A DNA stretch of 64,000 bases from Convolutriloba macropyga (GCF_964194025.1 NC_134479.1:8742001-8806000); one strand, 5' to 3'. Shown: positions 47,792-58,240, numbered from the stretch's first letter. Program-made: numbers and translations. The notes: generated from the letters alone by a model not told the origin.

Positions 47792-48217
47792 CGTTAACTT
47801 TGGCGAGAAATCTGACCGACTTCTTTTCAGGGGCTTCCGAGTGGAAATGATGTTTTTCCGTTTGGTTACTGCTGCTGACTTTTTGGAAGAGCTCATTGAC
47901 CGACTGCTTAGTCTACGTTGTCGCAGTGTTCTTTTCCGTGATCCGCCGGTCTGTTTTTTTACCGTATTAGAAATGGTGTTCTTGAACGCTTGCTTTGGAG
48001 ATTTTTTACTGCTTACTACGTCTAGTAGCTCCGGAACGCTCTGTTTCAACAGTTCCTTTCCAATTCGTTTGGCAGTCGGTAGAAAGAATCGACGTGCTAA
48101 GGGTAGAGCAACACGGCCAATACCCGCAGCCAAAGCTCCAAAGCCACTACCTCTTTGTCGATAGTATCCAGAAAAATGCGGCAAAGAAGTTGCTTGATTT
48201 GCGTAGTATGAATCCAT
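47781..48217 (-). CDS. Basic virion core / membrane-active precursor protein; fused to the MCP frame by an apparent 1-nt deletion
   Basis: YYANQA..RQRGSGFG amphipathic N-terminus, KQTGGS and an Arg/Lys-rich tail. Restoring one T near 47808 gives ...SDFFAKVNDDR*. Confidence 0.7.
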
Positions 48218-48218
48218 T

Positions 48219-49097
48219 TTAACTTGAAAACTTTTTGAATTGTAACGTCAAGAGAAATTTTCCTGTTCCCGAGAAGGGAACCAAGTCACCTGTTTCTGTT
48301 CGCAGCTCAATAGAAATGGATTGAATTGTGTTTGTCAGTAGCTTTTTGTAATCCAAGTTCGAAAAAACTATTCGATGTGTTGGTTCAACTTCGCACACGC
48401 TACCGTTTTTTAGGCGCTGTTTTGAGACTCGTAAAAGAGGCGCTTTGGCATCACCCACGTACTGATATTCAATAATGTTTGCATATACAAATATCAAGTG
48501 TTCACCGGCCAACAGATCCGCTGGTAGCTCTCCATAATAAGCTTTTGTGTCGTCACTTTTCATTCGTTTATCTGCAGTCGTGTTCATTTTATAGCCAATA
48601 TGGATACCATTGCCATCAGGAACTCCCTCAAAACCAAGGATACTTGGAATTTCCTTGCTTAGAAACGTAATCCCTTCACGTTTTCCAAACAAAATTTCGT
48701 ATTTTCCAGAATTTTTTATTTCTCTGAACGAAAAGTGAGGCAGTCCGGCTGTACGCTTTATTAATGCTAGAAGCTGATTTACTGTTTCAAATGTCCCTGG
48801 AATAAAGCCTAATTTTGATCCATTGTATGGTCGTGAGATAACATTGGCATCTGCGGCCCTTTTCGTAGCTTCTTCATATTCTTTCAAGCTGAAAGCAATA
48901 AAATCCCCCTCCACAATGTTTTCAATTTTCGTTGGAAAGATAATTTCACTTAACGCTACCCTCCAGTCGTCAGAAAGTTGAATTTCATCATTAAAAAAAT
49001 TTCGAAATGACGCCAGTGTATTTGATTTGAATATTTGCATCGATGCAGATGATATAACATGTACTGTGAACTCATCTTCAAATTGATTGCGAGCCAT
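48219..49097 (-). CDS. Minor capsid protein (penton, single jelly roll), intact 292 aa
   Basis: FTVHVISSAS..SNTLASF...WRVALSEI, IFVYANII..VGDAKAPLLRV and ISIELRTETG are typical Polinton penton motifs. True start is MARNQ at 49097. Confidence 0.85.
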   Translation of the reverse strand: MARNQFEDEFTVHVISSASMQIFKSNTLASFRNFFNDEIQLSDDWRVALSEIIFPTKIENIVEGDFIAFSLKEYEEATKRAADANVISRPYNGSKLGFIPGTFETVNQLLALIKRTAGLPHFSFREIKNSGKYEILFGKREGITFLSKEIPSILGFEGVPDGNGIHIGYKMNTTADKRMKSDDTKAYYGELPADLLAGEHLIFVYANIIEYQYVGDAKAPLLRVSKQRLKNGSVCEVEPTHRIVFSNLDYKKLLTNTIQSISIELRTETGDLVPFSGTGKFLLTLQFKKFSS

Positions 49098-49098
49098 T

Positions 49099-50026
49099 TT
49101 ATTCGCTGCGTTCACGAACCCGCTGTAATTCTGGTTGATAGAATTTACCCTCTTTTTTTTCTTTGTTTGCATCAATAATAGAGTAGGTTGGCGGTGACAA
49201 CGTCGGAATATCTGTAATCTCAAATACCTCGTCAGTAAAGGATTGTTTGTATCCCTTTCTGAAAGCTTTGTCCTTTTTGACAATTCTAACAAAGTCTCCG
49301 ATATAAAACTTGGGTTTTTGACGGATACTTGTTTGAGCACTCAGTGAGACCAGCCTCGGTACATCTTTCTTTGTAACCTTATTTGGGGCAAGTTTAGTGA
49401 CCCGGTTAACACGTGAATTAATTGTGTTCACAAACTGATCCAATTTATCAATATAAGAGTATGTCCACTTTTCTTCAAGGTATCTGTAGATGATATTTTT
49501 CAGCGAGCGAATGTTTCTTTCTGCAAAAGCAGACTTTTTTCACTAAAGGTGCTATATAAATGAATCCCTCTTTTCTCACACAAGCTTTTGAAAGCTCCAA
49601 GAAACTCTGTACCATCGTCAACCCATACTTTTAATGGTTGTTTGTACTTGATCATTTTTTTGAATGCTTGGGCTGCTTCTGTTGCATATTTAGTTTTCAT
49701 TGGTTCTACTCTTAGATATTGTGACAGACAGTCAACTGCTACCAAAAGGTATTTGACATCTCGATTGTACTTTGCAAGTTTATCAACATGAGCTAAATCC
49801 AGAGATCAAATTTCATTAATGTCCTTTACAATGACTTTCAGTCTTCGAAACCTTGAACGAATTGAGCTTTATTTTGTGAAGGATGGTTTTGCTTCTAAAT
49901 ATGACCTCACTTTAGCCATTGACATTTTGCTTTGTGTATGAAGTCGCTTTGGGCTACCAAAAGAAGCAGGGCCTTTTGAATAAAGCTGCTCCAAGGTTTT
50001 TCTCTCAGAAGAAGAAAGGATCCCAT
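49099..50026 (-). pseudogene. int: Retroviral-like (rve, DDE) integrase
   Basis: LY..GPASFGS, SLDL, LVAVDCLS, WVDDGTEF, AER.IRSLK, FRKGY..SFTDEVF, GKFYQPEL. Two stops and a poly-T frameshift near 49535. Confidence 0.92.
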
Positions 50027-50746
50027 TTTTTTCGGTTGACTCTCTTTTTTGTTTGTCTTTTTGATTTTGACCTTTTTTCCTGTTGTGGCTCGTTTTGTGT
50101 TACCGCTTCCTGATTGTGGACTTTGTTGGGTTGGGAATAATTCTTGTTCACCTTCATAGGCTTGTATAATCTGCTTGGCGTAAGTGTTTGCAACAAGTTC
50201 AGGCTCAACCGGGAGAAGAGCTAAAATTTTAGAGTATTCTGATTGATCAATTTTTTTAGTAGGCTGCTGTAAATCATACAAAAATTTGGAGATTTGTACA
50301 CTTGTTGGTTCTTGATTGATGTATAGTAACTTGCTTTCTTCTCCAATTGTAACTGTTTCCGATTGGAAGATAAGATCAAGCAAAATTTCTGCACGTTGGA
50401 TTTTGTGTTTTTCTTTCAGTTTCACTAGCCCCATTATTGATTCAAAACTTGCGGGGGCACTTTCTGGTTTTTTTGTGACAACTGGATCAATTTCGCTGTC
50501 ATCATTAATCGAGTCCATTTTTTCGGGCTCGTCTACTTGTTTGTCCCGCTCTGTTAACACTGGCTCTGTTTGAACTACTCCATCTGTTCTTTCCACGCTG
50601 TCCTCGGAACTTGGCATATTTCTTTGCATGAGTGTTAACTGAGCTGCTTTGTTTCTATAGACTGGGTTGTCGAGAATTTCGTTTTTTAATGGTTGTTTCG
50701 ACATGAACATTCGCTTCGGAATCAGAACAAATTCTTCTGCATGCAT
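50005..50746 (-). CDS. Polinton structural-module protein of unknown function
   Basis: MHAEEFVLIPKRMF start; lies between the NxxxGNVP protein and integrase. The C-terminus is ambiguous (KKWDPFFF* at 50005 in the alternate frame, or the track stop at 49907). Confidence 0.65.
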
Positions 50747-51045
50747 TATGGTTTTTTCAGGTACAGAAAACAAGCAAAGCTAACCGTTTTTACTAGTTCT
50801 ATTTCTCTCGCAAAAATTTCCTTTTTCGTCTTCAAACTTGTCTGCTTAGATAAAATTTTTCTGAATGAGCTTTCTGCGGTTTCTATCAAGTTTTTGTTGA
50901 TGGGCACGTTACCATTAACTACGTTCAGGAAGCCTTCGCAAAGAAAATAAATAAACTTTTTAGTTGCTGACTTGATTAACTTTTTTAAGTTGATATGCGA
51001 TACTTGTAGCATTTGCTGAAGCATACATATTTCTTTCTCTTTCAT
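50746..51045 (-). CDS. Small conserved Polinton virion protein (CE..LN...GNVP motif)
   Basis: KKLIKSATKKFIYFLCEGFLNVVNGNVPI, located directly downstream of the ATPase. Confidence 0.7.
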   Translation of the reverse strand: MKEKEICMLQQMLQVSHINLKKLIKSATKKFIYFLCEGFLNVVNGNVPINKNLIETAESSFRKILSKQTSLKTKKEIFAREIELVKTVSFACFLYLKKP

Positions 51046-51687
51046 CGGTTAAATTTGTAATAACAGCTTTTGCTGGAGATAAGTAAAAAATTGAGGGGCC
51101 TGGAGGCACAATATTAGAGGAATAACGTAACGCGTCTGACGTTTTTGGGTCGAGATCAATTAATAAATGACCAAAAAGTTGCTTTGTTGCTAACTCGTAC
51201 TTTTCTCTTAAAAATTGTGTGTTGTTGAGTTGTCGACCAATTAAACCAATTTGTTGAACATCACGAGGCGATATAAATAAAATAATGTTTGTTGTATTAA
51301 GATCAATAGTTCTGGAGCATTTGCTCTGTTGAAACAAGTTGTGTTTCACGTATATCACACTGATTTTCTTATGACGTCCAGCTGTCGCTAATTTAAAAAA
51401 TTCTTTATCATTAAAAATTTCTTCACATGAATCGTCAAATACCAAAAGGCAATCATCTAGTTCTGATATTTGCTCAAAACTGGAAAACTACATAAACTGA
51501 ATGTTTATTTTTCTCTCAATGAACTGAAATTTAGGTTGTTCATGCTGGTGGAAATAAAATATTGATTCAAACTTGGGTGAGAAGGTGTTTTGAAGTAACA
51601 TTTTGAAAATCAATTCAGTTTTTCCACAACATGATGGGCCAAAAACAGCCATTAAAGTCTATCGGTAGTTGAAATTATTTTATTCAT
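50960..51687 (-). pseudogene. A32/FtsK-like genome packaging ATPase
   Basis: Walker A GPSCCGKT, Walker B LLVFDD, AGRH, HNLFQ, SRTIDLN. TAG at ~51488-90 and a 1-nt deletion near 51653. Confidence 0.92.
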
Positions 51688-51959
51688 AGTTTCGGGTTAG
51701 GTAGAGCGTATCCGACTGTGCAAGAAAGGAGTGAAAACCAGAATGTTGATTCTTCACAATCGAGTTTAAAAAACACCAATTTGACCAAAGAAACACCTAT
51801 AAGAAAAATTATCATGAAAATTTGGGTAAAATAAACCACCTCAGATCTTGGAACTCTAGAGTTACAAAACCGCCAAGATCGCCTTTCTTGGTGATTTTCG
51901 TCAAAAACTAAGTCAGTTATAGCTCCTCCAACGTCAATGGTGTCCTCGGGTTGGGTCAT
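51684..51959 (-). CDS. 91-aa two-transmembrane Polinton protein (copy 1)
   Basis: VVYFTQIFMIIFLIGVSLVKL...FWFSLLSCTVGYALPNP; stop overlaps the ATPase ATG (ATGA). Confidence 0.75.
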   Translation of the reverse strand: MTQPEDTIDVGGAITDLVFDENHQERRSWRFCNSRVPRSEVVYFTQIFMIIFLIGVSLVKLVFFKLDCEESTFWFSLLSCTVGYALPNPKL

Positions 51960-52002
51960 TTGAAACAGTTTATTAAATTAAACAATGAATTGAAACTCAG
52001 GC

Positions 52003-52266
52003 TCATGTATAATTAATTGAGAATAAAAAATTCATAACAACTAAATTGTGAGTTTTCATCAGTTTTTTGTAAGCAATAGTATTGTTTGCATTCACATTGT
52101 CAGTTTTATCTCTGAACACAACTGACTCAACGTTGCTGTCTCTGATGCTCTCCTTAATTTCAGCCGGAGGACGTTCATCTGTTGGAGATATCTGAACTGG
52201 TACTGCATGCTTGGGCATAGGTAAAGAGATTAGTTTCAGTCTTCGCGCTTTCTCTTGAATAGACAT
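52003..52266 (-). CDS. 87-aa hypothetical protein (copies at 53307, 54617, 55933, 57244)
   Basis: ATG-initiated ORF in the packed minus-strand gene array; no motif recognised. Confidence 0.45.
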   Translation of the reverse strand: MSIQEKARRLKLISLPMPKHAVPVQISPTDERPPAEIKESIRDSNVESVVFRDKTDNVNANNTIAYKKLMKTHNLVVMNFLFSINYT

Positions 52267-52504
52267 GGTATAATTTGAAATATTCTAAGAGGGAAAGGTA
52301 TTTTCTCAGTGTCTGTATTTTTGTTTCAGTACAGGTAACTTGTTGCTTCCTTAGCACAGTTTGACCACGGGTATCAACTTTCTCTTCTTTAACAAATGTA
52401 TCGGTTAGCTGTTCTTCAGCCGTTATGTAACTGTAAACTGTCAAATTTGGAGACAAATTCACCTGAAGGAGAGATGGAGTTGATTTTTCCAAACGACGAC
52501 TCAT
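52175..52504 (-). CDS. 109-aa hypothetical protein (copies at 53485, 54795, 56105, 57416)
   Basis: ATG-initiated ORF overlapping its neighbours; no motif recognised. Confidence 0.45.
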   Translation of the reverse strand: MSRRLEKSTPSLLQVNLSPNLTVYSYITAEEQLTDTFVKEEKVDTRGQTVLRKQQVTCTETKIQTLRKYLSLLEYFKLYHVYSRESAKTETNLFTYAQACSTSSDISNR

Positions 52505-52616
52505 TCGTCAGCCACTAGTAAAACAATTTGGCCTTCTTATTAGCACAATGTTTACTTCGTTGTCGTTTGGGACAACTTACCGCATGTAATTCACAAATTG
52601 GTATGTCGCGATATAA

Positions 52617-52997
52617 TTATAGGTTTTCAAACTTTGGACATAACAACGTCTCCAAATTGATAACGTCTCTTTGGAGTAACTTCTTCAAAGTGTCCGCCTT
52701 TTCAGTTCCTTTTGCATAAAATTCGGCAAACGGAAAACGAAGTTTGATGCTTTGAAAAATTTGCTGCAAATAGCAATAGGGGTAATCTCCGCTCTCCCAT
52801 GCCAAACCATGAAGAAATTTTCTCTCAATGAACTGAAATTTAGGTTGTTCATGCTGGTAGAAATAAAATATTGATTCAAACATGGGTGAGAAGGTGTTTT
52901 GAAGTAACATTTTGAAAATCAATTCAGTTTTTCCACAACATGATGGGCCACAAACAGCCATAAAAAGTCTATCGGTAGTTGAAATTATTTTATTCAT
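52617..52997 (-). CDS. Chimeric ORF: ATPase N-terminus plus nuclease C-terminal part (junction 1), prematurely stopped
   Basis: GPSCCGKT...FIERK|FLHGLAWESGDYPY. Confidence 0.7.
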   Translation of the reverse strand: MNKIISTTDRLFMAVCGPSCCGKTELIFKMLLQNTFSPMFESIFYFYQHEQPKFQFIERKFLHGLAWESGDYPYCYLQQIFQSIKLRFPFAEFYAKGTEKADTLKKLLQRDVINLETLLCPKFENL

Positions 52998-53269
52998 AGT
53001 TTCGGGTTAGGTAGAGCGTATCGGACTGTGCAAGAAAGGAGTGAAAACCAGAATGTTGATTCTTCACAATCGAGTTTAAAAAACACCAATTTGACCAAAG
53101 AAACACCTATAAGAAAAATTATCATGAAAATTTGGGTAAAATAAACCACCTCAGATCTTGGAACTCTAGAGTTACAAAACCGCCAAAATCGCCTTTCTTG
53201 GTGATTTTCGTCAAAAACTAAGTCAGTTATAGCTCCTCCAACGTCAATGGTGTCCTCGGGTTGGGTCAT
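52994..53269 (-). CDS. 91-aa two-TM protein (copy 2)
   Basis: Near-identical to 51684-51959. Confidence 0.7.
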   Translation of the reverse strand: MTQPEDTIDVGGAITDLVFDENHQERRFWRFCNSRVPRSEVVYFTQIFMIIFLIGVSLVKLVFFKLDCEESTFWFSLLSCTVRYALPNPKL

Positions 53270-53926
53270 TTGAAACAGTTTATTAAATTAAACAATGAAT
53301 TGAAACTCAGGCTCGTGCATAATTAATTGAGAATAAAAAATTCATAACAACTAAATTGTGAGTTTTCATCAGTTTTTTGTAAGCAATAGTATTGTTTGCA
53401 TTCACATTGTCAGTTTTATCTCTGAACACAACTGACTCAACGTTGCTGTCTCTGATGCTCTCCTTAATTTCAGCCGGAGGACGTTCATCTGTTGGAGATA
53501 TCTGAACTGGTACTGCATGCTTGGGCATAGGTAAAGAGATTAGTTTCAGTCTTCGCGCTTTCTCTTGAATAGACATGGTATAATTTGAAATATTCTAAGA
53601 GGGAAAGGTATTTTCTCAGTGTCTGTATTTTTGTTTCAGTACAGGTAACTTGTTGCTTCCTTAGCACAGTTTGACCACGGGTATCAACTTTCTCTTCTTT
53701 AACAAATGTATCGGTTAGCTGTTCTTCAGCCGTTATGTAACTGTAAACTGTCAAATTTGGAGACAAATTCACCTGAAGGAGAGATGGAGTTGATTTTTCC
53801 AAACGACGACTCATTCGTCAGCCACTAGTAAAACAATTTGGCCTTCTTATTAGCACAATGTTTACTTCGTTGTCGTTTGGGACAACTTACCGCATGTAAT
53901 TCACAAATTGGTATGTCGCGATATAA

Positions 53927-54307
53927 TTATAGGTTTTCAAACTTTGGACATAACAACGTCTCCAAATTGATAACGTCTCTTTGGAGTAACTTCTTCAAAG
54001 TGTCCGCCTTTTCAGTTCCTTTTGCATAAAATTCGGCAAACGGAAAACGAAGTTTGATGCTTTGAAAAATTTGCTGCAAATAGCAATAGGGGTAATCTCC
54101 GCTCTCCCAAGCCAAACCATGAAGAAATTTTCTCTCAATGAACTGAAATTTAGGTTGTTCATGCTGGTAGAAATAAAATATTGATTCAAACATGGGTGAG
54201 AAGGTGTTTTGAAGTAACATTTTGAAAATCAATTCAGTTTTTCCACAACATGATGGGCCACAAACAGCCATAAAAAGTCTATCGGTAGTTGAAATTATTT
54301 TATTCAT
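53927..54307 (-). CDS. Chimeric ATPase/nuclease ORF (junction 2), prematurely stopped
   Basis: Same as 52617-52997. Confidence 0.7.
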   Translation of the reverse strand: MNKIISTTDRLFMAVCGPSCCGKTELIFKMLLQNTFSPMFESIFYFYQHEQPKFQFIERKFLHGLAWESGDYPYCYLQQIFQSIKLRFPFAEFYAKGTEKADTLKKLLQRDVINLETLLCPKFENL

Positions 54308-54579
54308 AGTTTCGGGTTAGGTAGAGCGTATCGGACTGTGCAAGAAAGGAGTGAAAACCAGAATGTTGATTCTTCACAATCGAGTTTAAAAAACACCAAT
54401 TTGACCAAAGAAACACCTATAAGAAAAATTATCATGAAAATTTGGGTAAAATAAACCACCTCAGATCTTGGAACTCTAGAGTTACAAAACCGCCAAAATC
54501 GCCTTTCTTGGTGATTTTCGTCAAAAACTAAGTCAGTTATAGCTCCTCCAACGTCAATGGTGTCCTCGGGTTGGGTCAT
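54304..54579 (-). CDS. 91-aa two-TM protein (copy 3)
   Basis: Near-identical to 51684-51959. Confidence 0.7.
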   Translation of the reverse strand: MTQPEDTIDVGGAITDLVFDENHQERRFWRFCNSRVPRSEVVYFTQIFMIIFLIGVSLVKLVFFKLDCEESTFWFSLLSCTVRYALPNPKL

Positions 54580-55035
54580 TTGAAACAGTTTATTAAATTA
54601 AACAATGAATTGAAACTCAGGCTCGTGCATAATTAATTGAGAATAAAAAATTCATAACAACTAAATTGTGAGTTTTCATCAGTTTTTTGTAAGCAATAGT
54701 ATTGTTTGCATTCACATTGTCAGTTTTATCTCTGAACACAACTGACTCAACGTTGCTGTCTCTGATGCTCTCCTTAATTTCAGCCGGAGGACGTTCATCT
54801 GTTGGAGATATCTGAACTGGTACTGCATGCTTGGGCATAGGTAAAGGGATTAGTTTCAGTCTTCGCGCTTTCTCTTGAATAGACATGGCATAATTTGAAA
54901 TATTCTAAGAGGAAAAGGTATTTTTTCAGTGTCTCTATTTCTGTTTCTGTACAGGTAACTTGTTGCTTCCTTAGCACAGTTTGACCACGGGTATCAACTT
55001 TCTCTTCTTTGACAAATGTAACGGTTAGCTGTTCT

Positions 55036-55617
55036 TCAGCCGTTATGTAACTGTGAACTGTCAAATTTGGAGACAAATTCACCTGAAGGAGAGATGGAGT
55101 TGATTTTTCCAAACGACGACTCATTCGTCAGCCACTGGTAAAACAATTTGGCCTTCTTATTAGCACAATGTCTACTTCGTTGTCGTTTGGGACAACTTAC
55201 CGCATGTAATTCACAAATTGGTATGTCGCGATATATTTTTAGGTTTTCAAACTTTGGACATAACAACGTCTCCAAATTGATAACGTCTCTTTGGAGTAAC
55301 TTCTTCAAAGTGTCCGCCTTTTCAGTTCCTTTTGCATAAAATTCGGCAAACGGAAAACGAAGTTTGATGCTTTGAAAAATTTGCTGCAAATAGCAATAGG
55401 GGTAATCTCCGCTCTCCCAAGCCAAACCATGAAGAAATTTTCTCTCAATGAACTGAAATTTAGGTTGTTCATGCTGGTAGAAATAAAATATTGATTCAAA
55501 CATGGGTGAGAAGGTGTTTTGAAGTAACATTTTGAAAAACAATTCAGTTTTTCCACAACATGATGGGCCACAAACAGCCATAAAAAGTCTATCGGTAGTT
55601 GAAATTATTTTATTCAT
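55036..55617 (-). CDS. Chimeric ATPase/nuclease ORF (junction 3), fully open 193 aa
   Basis: Walker A N-terminus joined in frame to HGLAW...CPKF...CELH...HCA; lacks the TAA present in the other three chimeras. Confidence 0.7.
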   Translation of the reverse strand: MNKIISTTDRLFMAVCGPSCCGKTELFFKMLLQNTFSPMFESIFYFYQHEQPKFQFIERKFLHGLAWESGDYPYCYLQQIFQSIKLRFPFAEFYAKGTEKADTLKKLLQRDVINLETLLCPKFENLKIYRDIPICELHAVSCPKRQRSRHCANKKAKLFYQWLTNESSFGKINSISPSGEFVSKFDSSQLHNG

Positions 55618-55889
55618 AGTTTCGGGTTAGGTAGAGCGTATCGGACTGTGCAAGAAAGGAGTGAAAACCAGAATGTTGATTCTTCACAATCGAGTTTAAA
55701 AAACACCAATTTGACCAAAGAAACACCTATAAGAAAAATTATCATGAAAATTTGGGTAAAATAAACCACCTCAGATCTTGGAACTCTAGAGTTACAAAAC
55801 CGCCAAGATCGCCTTTCTTGGTGATTTTCGTCAAAAACTAAGTCAGTTATAGCTCCTCCAACGTCAATGGTGTCCTCGGGTTGGGTCAT
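55614..55889 (-). CDS. 91-aa two-TM protein (copy 4)
   Basis: Near-identical to 51684-51959. Copy 5 (56924-57200) is frameshifted in an A-run. Confidence 0.7.
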   Translation of the reverse strand: MTQPEDTIDVGGAITDLVFDENHQERRSWRFCNSRVPRSEVVYFTQIFMIIFLIGVSLVKLVFFKLDCEESTFWFSLLSCTVRYALPNPKL

Positions 55890-56546
55890 TTGAAACAGTT
55901 TATTAAATTAAACAATGAATTGAAACTCAGGCTCATGTATAATTAATTGAGAATAAAAAATTCATAACAACTAAATTGTGAGTTTTCATCAGTTTTTTGT
56001 AAGCAATAGTATTGTTTGCATTCACATTGTCAGTTTTATCTCTGAACACAACTGACTCAACGTTGCTGTCTCTGATGCTCTCCTTAATTTCAGCCGGAGG
56101 ACGTTCATCTGTTGGAGATATCTGAACTGGTACTGCATGCTTGGGCATAGGTAAAGAGATTAGTTTCAGTCTTCGCGCTTTCTCTTGAATAGACATGGTA
56201 TAATTTGAAATATTCTAAGAGGGAAAGGTATTTTCTCAGTGTCTGTATTTTTGTTTCAGTACAGGTAACTTGTTGCTTCCTTAGCACAGTTTGACCACGG
56301 GTATCAACTTTCTCTTCTTTAACAAATGTATCGGTTAGCTGTTCTTCAGCCGTTATGTAACTGTAAACTGTCAAATTTGGAGACAAATTCACCTGAAGGA
56401 GAGATGGAGTTGATTTTTCCAAACGACGACTTATTCGTCAGCCACTAGTAAAACAATTTGGCCTTCTTATTAGCACAATGTTTACTTCGTTGTCGTTTGG
56501 GACAACTTACCGCATGTAATTCACAAATTGGTATGTCGCGATATAA

Positions 56547-56927
56547 CTATAGGTTTTCAAACTTTGGACATAACAACGTCTCCAAATTGATAAGGTCTCT
56601 TTGGAGTAACTTCTTCAAAGTGTCCGCCTTTTCAGTTCCTTTTGCATGAAATTCGGCAAACGGAAAACGAAATTTGATGCTTTGAATAATTGGCTGCAAA
56701 TAGCAATAGGGGTAATCTCCGCTCTCCCAAGCCAAACCATGAAGAAATTTTCTCTCAATGAACTGAAATTTAGGTTGTTCATGCTGGTAGAAATAAAATA
56801 TTGATTCAAACTTGGGTGAGAAGGTGTTTTGAAGTAACATTTTGAAAATCAATTCAGTTTTTCCACAACATGATGGGCCACAAACAGCCATAAAAAGTCT
56901 ATCGGTAGTTGAAATTATTTTATTCAT
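56547..56927 (-). CDS. Chimeric ATPase/nuclease ORF (junction 4), prematurely stopped
   Basis: Same as 52617-52997. Confidence 0.7.
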   Translation of the reverse strand: MNKIISTTDRLFMAVCGPSCCGKTELIFKMLLQNTFSPKFESIFYFYQHEQPKFQFIERKFLHGLAWESGDYPYCYLQPIIQSIKFRFPFAEFHAKGTEKADTLKKLLQRDLINLETLLCPKFENL

Positions 56928-57656
56928 AGTTTCGGGTTAGGTAGAGCGTATCCGACTGTGCAAGAAAGGAGTGAAAACCAGAATGTTGATTCTTCACAAT
57001 CGAGTTTAAAAAAACACCAATTTGACCAAAGAAACACCTGTAAGAAAAATTATTATGAAAATTTGGGTAAAATAAACCACCTCAGATCTTGGAACTCTAG
57101 AGTTACAACACCGCCAAGATCGCCTTTCTTGGTGATTTTCGTCAAAAACTAAGTCAGTTATAGCTCCTCCAACGTCAATGGTGTCCTCGGGTTGGGTCAT
57201 TTGAAACAGTTTATTAAATTAAACAATGAATTGAAACTCAGGCTCATGCATTATTAATTGAGAATAAAAAATTCATAACAACTAAATTGTGAGTTTTCAT
57301 CAGTTTTTTGTAAGCAATAGTATTGTTTGCATTCACATTGTCAGTTTTATCTCTGAACACAACTGACTCAACGTTGCTGTCTCTGATGCTCTCCTTAATT
57401 TCAGCCGGAGGACGTTCATCTGTTGGAGATATCTGAACTGGTATTGCATGCTTGGGCATAGGTAACGGGATTAGTTTCAGTCTTCGCGCTTTCTCTTGAA
57501 TAGACATGGTATAATTTGAAATATTCTAAGAGGGAAAGGTATTTTTTCAATGTCTCTATTTCTGTTTCAGTACAGGTAACTTGTTGCTTCCTTAGCACAG
57601 TTTGACCACGGGTATCAACTTTCTCTTCTTTGACAAATGTAACGGTTAGCTGTTCT

Positions 57657-58240
57657 TCAGCCGTTATGTAACTGTAAACTGTCAAATTTGGAGACAAATT
57701 CACCTGAAGGAGAGATGGAAATGATTTTTCCAAACGACGACTCATTCGTCAGCCACTGGTAAAACAATTTGGCCTTCTTATTAGCACAATGTCTACTTCG
57801 TTGTCGTTTGGGACAACTTACCGCATGTAATTCACAAATTGGTATGTCGCGATATAATTTTAGGTTTTCAAACTTTGGACATAACAACGTCTCCAAATTG
57901 ATAACGTCTCTTTGGAGTAATTCTTCAAAGTGTCCGCCTTTTCAGTTCCTTTTGCATGAAATTCGGCAAACGGAAAACGAAATTTGATGCTTTGAATAAT
58001 TTGCTGCTAATAGCAATAGGGGTAATCTCCGCTCGCCCAAGCCAAACCATGAAGAAATTTTGAAATCCACTGGTAAGACTTTTGTTCACTTGAGGAAAGT
58101 ATATTGAATGAACTTGGGGGTAGGAAAGAAACTGTATCACTGTATTTATGAGAACACACAGAAAGCTCTTTGATTATAAAACCCGATTTCTTTTGTCGAA
58201 AGCCTTCAATATCAAGAACAACTGGTCGCAGTTTCAACAT
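57657..58240 (-). pseudogene. DnaQ/DEDD-fold nuclease, Maelstrom-like
   Basis: VVLDIEGF..FIIKELS...HGLAW.SG...KG.EK...LE...CP...CELH...HCA. TAG at 58007-09 and a 1-nt deletion near 57920. Confidence 0.7.

Larger units (their letters stand above)
51509..58061. repeat. Five-copy tandem amplification of a 1310-bp Polinton-internal segment
   Basis: Identical junction GAAGAAATTTTCTCTCAATG at 52811, 54121, 55431 and 56741 (period exactly 1310). Confidence 0.97.

Noticed and set aside
47444-48217. 257-aa core-MCP fusion protein as a novel gene
   Set aside because: Explained by a 1-nt deletion near 47808 and a second frameshift near 47520 in a decaying element
49098-49340. 81-aa N-terminal extension of the penton ORF
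   Set aside because: Alternate frame of the integrase 3' end; penton motifs begin at MARNQ (49097)
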